This document shows, piece by piece, positions 22,415 through 30,200 of a stretch of 32,000 bases of DNA. The first letter of the stretch is position 1, and every line of letters begins with the position of its first letter. The notes under the pieces are model-generated. The model did not search any database. It had not been told where the DNA came from and saw only the letters and a list, made by a program, of their open reading frames with translations. This DNA comes from Formosa sp. Hel1_33_131 (GTDB lineage Bacteria; Bacteroidota; Bacteroidia; Flavobacteriales; Flavobacteriaceae). The position numbers were made by a program, and so were the translations under genes. The stretch covers positions 360,001 to 392,000 of the forward strand of contig NZ_CP017260.1 of the NCBI RefSeq assembly GCF_001735745.1, written 5' to 3'.

Positions 22415-23209
22415 TTAGTGGGCTTTAATACTGTTAATTTTATCAAATGACGCGACCATTCCTTGTATAAGCGACGAGCTCAATCCTTTGTGTTCCATTT
22501 CATTTAGACCTTCAATGGTACATCCATTTGGGGTGGTCACTCGATCAATTTCTTGTTCGGGATGATTCCCTGAAGTGATCAATAAATTAGCGGCCCCTTC
22601 ACAAGTAAACATAGCAAGGTTCTGAGCCTCTTCGGCATCAAATCCGAGTTGAATGGCGGCTTGGGTGGTAGCACGAATCAAACGCATCCAAAAGGCAATT
22701 CCACTGGCACAAACGACGGTGGCAGCTTGCATTTGTTGTTCTGGTATTGAGATGGTCGTCCCCAAACGGTTAAAGATGGCTTCAGCGACCGCTAGGCGTT
22801 GTTTGCCCATTTCATTACTACAAATACAAGTCATGGATTTCCCAACGGCAATGGCCGTATTTGGCATGGCGCGAATGATAAATTGATCGGTTCCCACAAG
22901 GCCTTCAATTCTTGAAATTGAAAAGCCTGTAATGGTCGAAATCAACACGTGTTTCTCTGTTAAAAAGGGCTGAACTTCCGTTAAAATTTTTTCTAAATGG
23001 GCAGGTTGCACGGCAAAAATAATAATGTCCGATTGCTGAATCGCTTCTTTATTATCTGAGGTTAGAAAAACATTTTTATAACCTTCAAAATCAACCAAAC
23101 CACGGACGTTACGTTTGGTGAGATATAAAGTCGTAATCGCATTGTTTGTGATGAGCCCTTTGGCAATAGAGCTTCCTAAATTTCCTGTGCCGATGATTGC
23201 TATTTTCAT
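22415..23209 (-). CDS. proC: Pyrroline-5-carboxylate reductase
   Basis: I prefer the start MKIAIIGTGNLGSSIAKG (Rossmann GxGxxG) at 23209. The track's 23263 start would overlap argC. The C-terminal TTPNGCTIEGL motif is typical of ProC. Confidence 0.9.
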   Translation of the reverse strand: MKIAIIGTGNLGSSIAKGLITNNAITTLYLTKRNVRGLVDFEGYKNVFLTSDNKEAIQQSDIIIFAVQPAHLEKILTEVQPFLTEKHVLISTITGFSISRIEGLVGTDQFIIRAMPNTAIAVGKSMTCICSNEMGKQRLAVAEAIFNRLGTTISIPEQQMQAATVVCASGIAFWMRLIRATTQAAIQLGFDAEEAQNLAMFTCEGAANLLITSGNHPEQEIDRVTTPNGCTIEGLNEMEHKGLSSSLIQGMVASFDKINSIKAH

Positions 23210-23219
23210 GAGTCTTTTT

Positions 23220-24197
23220 TTAAAAATAATTAGCTTTAAGTTGTAATCCCAAATGTGCTTCAAACCCGAACATCAAATTCATGTTATGAACGGCTTGACC
23301 CGAAGCACCTTTGAGTAAATTGTCTATGACACTTGTAATGAGTAGTTTTCCCTCATGCACTTCCAAATGCAATAAACATTTATTGGTATTGACCACTTGT
23401 TTTAAATGCAAGGGATCGTCCGAAACGGTGGTGAATTCTGCATCCTTATAATAGGTTTTAAAGAGTGCTTTCGCCGTCTCTAAAGTGCCTTCATATTTTG
23501 TATAAAGTGTGGCAAAAATCCCTCTCGAAAAATTGCCTCTATTGGGGATGAAATGAATCACACTCTTCAAATCGTCTTGAAGCGAATCTACAGACTGATG
23601 GATCTCTCCCAAGTGCTGGTGATTAAATGCTTTATAGTGAGAAAAATTATCCACACGCCACGTAAAATGGGTGGTTGCTGACAAGGCCGTTCCCGCTCCG
23701 GTAGCACCTGTCACGGCGTTGACATGAATGGCATCTTCTACCAAACCCTTAGCGGCTAAAGGCAATATTGCCAATTGAATGGCGGTTGCAAAACAGCCTG
23801 GGTTTGCGATGTACTGTGCCGACTGAATGGCGGATTTGTTCAATTCTGGCAAGCCATATACAAAGTGCTTGTTTTGAAATATCGCATCTTGTGTGAGTCT
23901 AAAGTCGTTTGACAAATCAATGATTTTTGTGTCTTTTGAAAAGGAGTTCTTTTCTAAAAATAATTTAGAATTTCCATGCCCCAAACAGAGGAATAAAACA
24001 TCCACATCGGTATTGATTGTATCTGTAAACAGTTGGTCTGTGGAGCCTACTAAATCTTGATGAATGGCGCTTAGTTTTTTGCCAGAACTCGAAGTACTAT
24101 AAACAAAATTGATTTCAGTTTTGGAATGTATAAGTAGCAATCGAATCAATTCTCCCGCGGTGTATCCTGCACCTCCTATAATGCCTGCTTGTATCAT
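23220..24197 (-). CDS. argC: N-acetyl-gamma-glutamyl-phosphate reductase
   Basis: 325 aa with MIQAGIIGGAGYTAGELIRLL and the active-site context ANPGCFATA. Confidence 0.95.
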   Translation of the reverse strand: MIQAGIIGGAGYTAGELIRLLLIHSKTEINFVYSTSSSGKKLSAIHQDLVGSTDQLFTDTINTDVDVLFLCLGHGNSKLFLEKNSFSKDTKIIDLSNDFRLTQDAIFQNKHFVYGLPELNKSAIQSAQYIANPGCFATAIQLAILPLAAKGLVEDAIHVNAVTGATGAGTALSATTHFTWRVDNFSHYKAFNHQHLGEIHQSVDSLQDDLKSVIHFIPNRGNFSRGIFATLYTKYEGTLETAKALFKTYYKDAEFTTVSDDPLHLKQVVNTNKCLLHLEVHEGKLLITSVIDNLLKGASGQAVHNMNLMFGFEAHLGLQLKANYF

Positions 24198-25387
24198 AAT
24201 CCCGAATTTACTTGTTGATGAATTTTGTTTTGATTGCCATTAATTTTGATGAAGCCTTTGGCTTCTTCAGCAGACCAACCGTTGTTAATTTCGCCATAAC
24301 TTCCAAATTTTGCATTCATCAAATCATGAGCCGATTGAATGCCATTGATTGAAAAATGATAAGGTTTTAAGACCACTTCCACAGTGCCCGAAACGCTGTG
24401 TTGACTGCTGGCTAAAAACGCTTCCATGTCGCGCATGACGGGATCTAAATACTGACCCTCGTGCAAATGCATTCCGTAAAAATTAGACAGATAATCTTTG
24501 TGTTGAAGCTGCCATTTGGTCAAGGTATGCTTCTCTAATAAGTGATGAGCTTTTACGATAATCAGTGCGGCGGCGGCTTCAAAACCCACACGGCCTTTGA
24601 TGCCAACAATGGTATCACCAACGTGAATATCTCTTCCAATGGCAAATTTTGAGGCCATTTCGTCCAGAAGCTGGATGTTTATTTCAGGTACATTTTCAGC
24701 TCCGTTGAGTGCTGTCAATTGCCCTTTGGTAAAAGTGAGGGTAAGGGTTTCAGGCGTTTCGGATTCTAACTGAGATGGATAGGCCGATTCTGGCAACGCC
24801 AAGTGGGATGTCAGCGTTTCATCGCCTCCAACACTGGTTCCCCAAAGTCCTTTGTTGATTGAATATTTTGCTTTTTCCCAATCCAAATCAATTCCATTTA
24901 ATTTCAGATAGGCTATTTCTTCTTGTCGTGTGAGCTTCTGATCTCTAATAGGTGTGATGATTTCAATCTCTGGCGCAAGGGTTTGGAAAATCATATCAAA
25001 ACGGACTTGATCGTTTCCGGCGCCTGTACTTCCGTGAGCGATGTATTTAGCATCAATGGATTTCGCATACTCAATAATTTCGATGGCTTGCACGATGCGT
25101 TCGGCACTGACGGATAACGGATAGGTATTATTTTTTAAGACATTTCCAAAAATAAGAAACTTCACTACTTTTTGATAAAAGGTGGTAACGGCTTCTATGT
25201 TTTTATAGGTTGAGACACCCATTTTATAGGCGTTCTGTTCGATGGTTTGAACATCACTTTTAGTAAACCCACCTGTATTGACACTAACAGCATGAACTTC
25301 GTAGCCTGCTTTTGATAATGAGACAGCACAGTAGGATGTATCGAGTCCTCCACTGTAGGCAATGACTAGTTTTTTTGAATTTTTCAT
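24194..25387 (-). CDS. argG: Argininosuccinate synthase
   Basis: 397 aa with AYSGGLDTS (PP-loop ATP pyrophosphatase) and GSTGAGNDQVRF motifs. Confidence 0.95.
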   Translation of the reverse strand: MKNSKKLVIAYSGGLDTSYCAVSLSKAGYEVHAVSVNTGGFTKSDVQTIEQNAYKMGVSTYKNIEAVTTFYQKVVKFLIFGNVLKNNTYPLSVSAERIVQAIEIIEYAKSIDAKYIAHGSTGAGNDQVRFDMIFQTLAPEIEIITPIRDQKLTRQEEIAYLKLNGIDLDWEKAKYSINKGLWGTSVGGDETLTSHLALPESAYPSQLESETPETLTLTFTKGQLTALNGAENVPEINIQLLDEMASKFAIGRDIHVGDTIVGIKGRVGFEAAAALIIVKAHHLLEKHTLTKWQLQHKDYLSNFYGMHLHEGQYLDPVMRDMEAFLASSQHSVSGTVEVVLKPYHFSINGIQSAHDLMNAKFGSYGEINNGWSAEEAKGFIKINGNQNKIHQQVNSGL

Positions 25388-26001
25388 TTTTTATGTTTTT
25401 TTAGAAACAAGCTTTGCTTGATGCTTTTTAATCTTAGAAAGGTTTTTTCTTTTACTTTTTTAGAGGTGCTTTCTGGCTTGGAACTCGGGTCAAACAACAT
25501 GCCTGTGCACAAACACATGCTTTGAGTTGTGCGCTGAAGGACATCGTAATTTTTACAGGTTTGACAGCCTTTCCAGAAGGATGGTTCGTCGGTAAGTTCC
25601 GAGAAAGTAACGGGCTTATACCCAAGGGCAGTGTTTAGTTTCATCACGGCGAGACCGGTTGTGATGCTAAATATTTTTGCATTTGGATACTTCGTTCTGG
25701 AATGCTCAAAAACGACTTGCTTGATTTTCTTAGCCAAGCCTTGATTTCTGAAATCAGGATGCACGATGAGCCCCGAATTGGCCACAAATTTATCATGGCT
25801 CCATGTTTCTATATAGCAAAAGCCCGCAAATGTATCTCCTTCTAAGGCAATGGCGGCATTGTTCGATTCCATTTTAGAAATAATGTATTCTATGGAACGT
25901 TTTGCAATCCCTGTGCCCCTCACTTGTGCAGCAGCTTCGATGGCGTCGCAAATAGTTTGGGCGTGAATTGTATGTGATTTATCTGCAATAATGATGTCCA
26001 T
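25384..26001 (-). CDS. GNAT-family N-acyltransferase heading the arg operon (probable glutamate N-acyltransferase)
   Basis: I prefer the start MDIIIADKSH at 26001 over the track's 26058. The GNAT acyl-CoA site is HPDFRNQGLAKKI (Q/RxxGxA). The C-terminal extension carries four Cys (CQTC...CLC). It is the first gene of the operon. Confidence 0.75.
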   Translation of the reverse strand: MDIIIADKSHTIHAQTICDAIEAAAQVRGTGIAKRSIEYIISKMESNNAAIALEGDTFAGFCYIETWSHDKFVANSGLIVHPDFRNQGLAKKIKQVVFEHSRTKYPNAKIFSITTGLAVMKLNTALGYKPVTFSELTDEPSFWKGCQTCKNYDVLQRTTQSMCLCTGMLFDPSSKPESTSKKVKEKTFLRLKSIKQSLFLKKHKK

Positions 26002-26086
26002 TATATAAGATTTAAGTTGAAAAAAAGTTTGAAAAAAATTGAAAGACGAACCGGACACACCTAAGTTCAGAAACTAATGGAACACC

Positions 26087-26182
26087 CTAAGGGCGACGGC
26101 GCGTAATACGAGGACGTGCAAAACCGGGGCTATAAAGAATAACCGTTGGGGTAATGAAGGTTTTAAAATTATGTAGGTCCAT
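26087..26182 (-). promoter_or_regulatory. Candidate Arg-rich leader uORF (31 codons) upstream of the arg operon
   Basis: Hand translation: MDLHNFKTFITPTVILYSPGFARPRITRRRP*. Five Arg codons (CGT CGT CGC CGT CGC) fall within the last 9 codons. The uORF ends 85 nt before the GNAT start. Its 3' half is a GC-rich patch inside an AT-rich intergenic region. Confidence 0.4.
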
Positions 26183-26195
26183 ATAAATGTTGTCA

Positions 26196-26211
26196 ACGAT
26201 AACTCTATCGT
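26196..26211. promoter_or_regulatory. Inverted repeat ACGATA-N4-TATCGT just upstream of the leader uORF; candidate operator
   Basis: ACGATAACTCTATCGT, with exact 6-bp arms read from the sequence, 14 nt upstream of the uORF ATG on the minus strand. Confidence 0.25.
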
Positions 26212-26424
26212 CTTATAAATATGGAGTAAATATAAAAATTAATTAAAATGGGGCGTAATGGGGATCAAAAATACTTTTAGTTTTTCGATATTCTAAAAAT
26301 ACGTCTGTTTTCAATATTAATAATTAAAAAAAAAATCTAAAAAAATGAATAAATCGCAGTATGTCATCTTGACTGTTCGATCAAAATGTGGACTGTAATG
26401 TATTTAGACGACTGTTTAGACCTA

Positions 26425-26562
26425 CTAAAAAATTTCTACAAATTCTGGCAATGTGTAGCCACTGCAAGGGTTTTCCACAGGGTCATCAGATGAGCATGTG
26501 AAAATTAATGTGGTAATAGATAATGTAAAAATTACTGCTATGGTGAATTTTATTTTTTTCAT
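26425..26562 (-). CDS. Small predicted lipoprotein (45 aa)
   Basis: Hand translation: MKKIKFTIAVIFTLSITTLIFTCSSDDPVENPCSGYTLPEFVEIF*. It has a classical signal peptide plus a lipobox-like Cys. It lies 11 nt downstream of the 211-aa gene and is below the ORF-track cutoff. Confidence 0.45.
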   Translation of the reverse strand: MKKIKFTIAVIFTLSITTLIFTCSSDDPVENPCSGYTLPEFVEIF

Positions 26563-26573
26563 ATATATATAAA

Positions 26574-27209
26574 TTAATTTTCTAGTTCAATAGTGATTGT
26601 TTTTTTGAAACTATTGTTAATTTTTAAAACATAGGTTCCCATTTCAAGGTTTTCAAATTGAGCCGTCCCTACTGCTGTTTTAGTACGGAATGTTTGGTTA
26701 TCCTTCTCAAGGGTTAAAAACACATCGTCCTGTTCAAATAACACAGTGATGGCTCCTTTAGAAACATCACATAAAATTACATTTTTCTTAAAGTATCTTG
26801 GAGAAGGCTTCGAAAAACCAAAATCTGATGTAATCCCGCCGTAATGTTTGTTAATTTCAAATGGCAATGTTTGATCCGCCTCTGTAACCGTATCGGAGAT
26901 GGAGTCATAAATTTTAAAATTTACAGTTTCTGAGGTTGAATTCGAAAACACTGTTAAGTATGCAAAATAGTTATCCGTAGATTCTGCATAAATCAGGTTT
27001 GCAACTCCCCGACATTCACCGCCTACAAAGGCGGCTAACATGTCGTTTGAGTTAGACAAAGTGGTTGCATTTACATTTAAATATGCAACCATTGTCATTG
27101 TGTATTCAAATTCATTTTCATTGACTTGCCACGAGGGTGCCTGCGCACTTAGGCCTAATGAAATAAGGCAGGTTAATATAAGTGCTGCGAATTTGTTTTT
27201 ATTTTTCAT
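26574..27209 (-). CDS. Secreted protein (211 aa): stand-alone copy of a domain repeated in the adjacent giant protein, plus a probable T9SS C-terminal sorting domain
   Basis: The signal peptide is MKNKNKFAALILTCLISLGLSAQA. The segment WQVNENEFEYTMTM...LAAFVGGECRGV...YFAYLTVFSNSTSETVNFKIYD aligns with DPNDFQYSMNV...LGVFYNEELRGV...YFVYLTIYSNTASGEILNFNIWD in the neighbour. The tail GTYVLKINNSFKKTITIELEN is T9SS-CTD-like. Confidence 0.65.
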   Translation of the reverse strand: MKNKNKFAALILTCLISLGLSAQAPSWQVNENEFEYTMTMVAYLNVNATTLSNSNDMLAAFVGGECRGVANLIYAESTDNYFAYLTVFSNSTSETVNFKIYDSISDTVTEADQTLPFEINKHYGGITSDFGFSKPSPRYFKKNVILCDVSKGAITVLFEQDDVFLTLEKDNQTFRTKTAVGTAQFENLEMGTYVLKINNSFKKTITIELEN

Positions 27210-30200
27210 TTAGAATTATTTTATTGTTATGAACCTCGTTATCAATCGTTGTGTTTAAGAAATACGTGCCGTTTTGGAAATTAACAGGTATTTTTAAACG
27301 GTTGTGGCCTTTTTCAATTACAACCGACATATCAAATAACAACTGGTTTAACATATTGTGAATACGCACTTGCGCCTTTTGATTGTTTTGAGCATAAAAC
27401 TCTAGATACACAAACCCGTCCTTGCTAGGGTTTGGATATAACATAAATTGAGATGTACTCAAATCAATAGCATCTTCGTCAATAATGTAGGGAGTTCTCG
27501 TGGTTCCTAAAATTGAGTCCGCAGAAAAATTAATTGTATTTGAAGTCTGCTTGGTTGTATCTCCATCACCGATATGAAATACCAATCTTTGATTTTGACT
27601 TGTATCGCCAACTATGGTCATAAAGGACAACTCGTTTCCATTCACCATTTGAGTTACGGCATGTCCGTGTAATTCTCCTGCGGTATTATAAGCATATACA
27701 TTTGTATAGCCTTCTGGCAATTGAATGACTGCATTCATGTTTTGTGAAAATGCATTAAACGCGCTTTGAGTTTCTGAACTGACCGTACTAGAACTACTTT
27801 CTGAAGCCATTCTTCTCCCACCGGACAAATAGTTGGGATACTTAAATTCCTGTTCTGAGGAAGATCTTAGCATATACCCTTTTCCTGTTTCTAAATATGA
27901 CAAGGTTCCTGACCATCCATTTAAGGCATCATAAATGGCAAACTCATTTTGCGATTTGATGACATCGTCCACTGAAGGAATAAAATCAGACAGTGCTTCT
28001 CCTATTCTTACATTCTCTCCAACGACGTAAGGAAGCCAGTTCCAATTTTCGCTGATTGGGAATGTCCAAGTAGATAAATCTACGGGAGTTCCTAACACAT
28101 CTAAGGTTTGTGCATTCTCTAATCGCACCTTATACATTTTGGTCGTGCTAAAGCCACCGTTGTCACTTATGCTTCCAGACCAACTGCTATTGTCAGTGTC
28201 TTGAGGGTCGTTAAAGTACGTCTCTAAAAGAGAGGGAGAATGACTTAGCATTAAATCATTTGTTTCAAGATCTAAATTTGAAGTGATGGCATTCACATCT
28301 GATAATGTAGAACTTTGTACAGGAAATGAGATCCAAGTATAGCCTTGATTAAACCCGATGCTTTGACTTACTTCAGTTGTGTTTTCAAAAAGGGCTGGAT
28401 TCGTATTGGAACCTAAAACACGATTCAAAATAAATTCAGTCGTTTCCTCTCCGTCTAAAGTTGCAACTAGGATTTTATCCTCTGAAGCATCCCAAATATT
28501 GAAATTTAAGATTTCTCCTGACGCTGTGTTTGAATAGATTGTGAGGTACACAAAATATTCTTGGTAGTTAGGATCAAAAGTTAATTGTCCCACACCTCTT
28601 AGTTCTTCATTATAAAATACACCTAGTTTATCTTTTGTGTCTTGATCGAAAACACCATCAATCATAATTTTCCCAATTACATTCATGCTGTATTGAAAAT
28701 CGTTTGGATCTAAAGTCCAATCAATATCAGAGAAAATATCTAATTTTAATTGAATTTTTTGATCAAACCCAAATTCGGTACGTAAAAACATATCTTGTTC
28801 GTAATACCCAGCAGCCAAATCACTATCGACCATCGCAGATATTTCAATACTACTATTTGGTGACAGCAATCCACTGGATTGACTTACCGTTAACCAATTG
28901 GGTACATTCAACAGGCTGAAATCTTGAAAGGTTCCTCCAGAGTTGACCACAAGAATTGTGTATGTTTTTTCATCTCCAAAAATCAGTTCCGTTTCTGAAA
29001 CTGTTTGCTCTTCATCAATATACCAATCAACTTGATCTTTATTGACGTAAGCGGTCCAAGTGATGGGCGATGCTTGCATGTTATTAAACTCATCAAACAT
29101 TCTATGGACTGTAATGTCTAATACCTGACCTTCTATGGCGGCTAGGCTAGATACTACTGGTTCCATAATCATTTGATCGCCATTGATCACATGACTGATT
29201 TGAAAACTAATTGTGTTTCTGGCCGGTTTAATTGGTGGCACATCTATCGTATAGTTTACAGTACCCGCATTCATGACTGCCAAACTCGTGGAGTAAAGCG
29301 GACCAGGAACTATATGGTAGTAGCGTGGACCATTTCCTGTGGGAGTGTCTGGCGCATTCATTTTGGAATAAACCAACAATCCTGCACTGTCTGTATCAAC
29401 TTCAAAGAAACGGTCTCTTTCAATTTGTTCAAAAGACCGAAGCGTGTTCCACAATCTGAATTCATCAATTGATCCACTAAATGCACGATCTACTGTTTCA
29501 GTGCCTGCTAAATCTATATGACCTCTAGCACCGAGCCACATTTTATTTCCATAAAAACTCGAAATATCTACTGTTGGATTGGTACTTACCAAGGCTGCAT
29601 CTACATAGGTTTTCAAATTACCGAATCTATTGATCAGAATCGAAACATGGTGCCATTGATTATCCGTGATACTCGTTGTTGTAAGGTTATAAGAGTTGTT
29701 TTCATTTTCAAAGGATAAATTACCATCCCCATTTAAGTTGACAGCCCATTTGTTTCTTGTACCGTCTTGCGCTGCAATATCGGTGTCGTCTCCTCTACCG
29801 TTAGAGAAAATAGTCGCGTTTTGTGTTTGATCTGTTTTTACCCAGAAAGAAAGTGTTGCGTTCATTTCATTGGTGAGCTGAACGGCTGCAACATTATCTA
29901 AGGTGAGGTATTGACCACCAGCAAATTCATAAGCTTCTCCTTTGGGCTTGATGTCCCATGCGGCATTTACTTGCGCATGTTTGAAACGCGCTATGTCATG
30001 CGCTAAATTTCCGTGTCCCTCATTCATGGGCCAATAGCCTACTAAATCGAGTTCATTACCTACATATTTGGTGTAAATATTTGCATAGGCATCTGTGAAA
30101 TTGAGGGCTTTGGACCAGAGTCTTACATCGTGAAGGTTTCCTATAAAGGTGTTCCCTCCAAATACCATATTGGCATCAAAATTATATTGCAAATTTTGGG

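Noticed and set aside
26002-26086. Intrinsic terminator/antiterminator pair downstream of the Arg-rich uORF
   Set aside because: Only weak stems (4-6 bp, for example CGCCC/GGGTG and GAAC/GTTC) could be paired by eye. The two T7 runs are a direct repeat (TTTTTTTCAA) not preceded by a stable hairpin. I therefore do not annotate a terminator here.
26250-26424. Possible ArgR (ARG-box-like) sites and small plus-strand ORFs in the intergenic region upstream of the arg operon
   Set aside because: I found no convincing TGAAT-N4-ATTCA-type palindrome. The candidate ORFs are under 20 codons and have no features.
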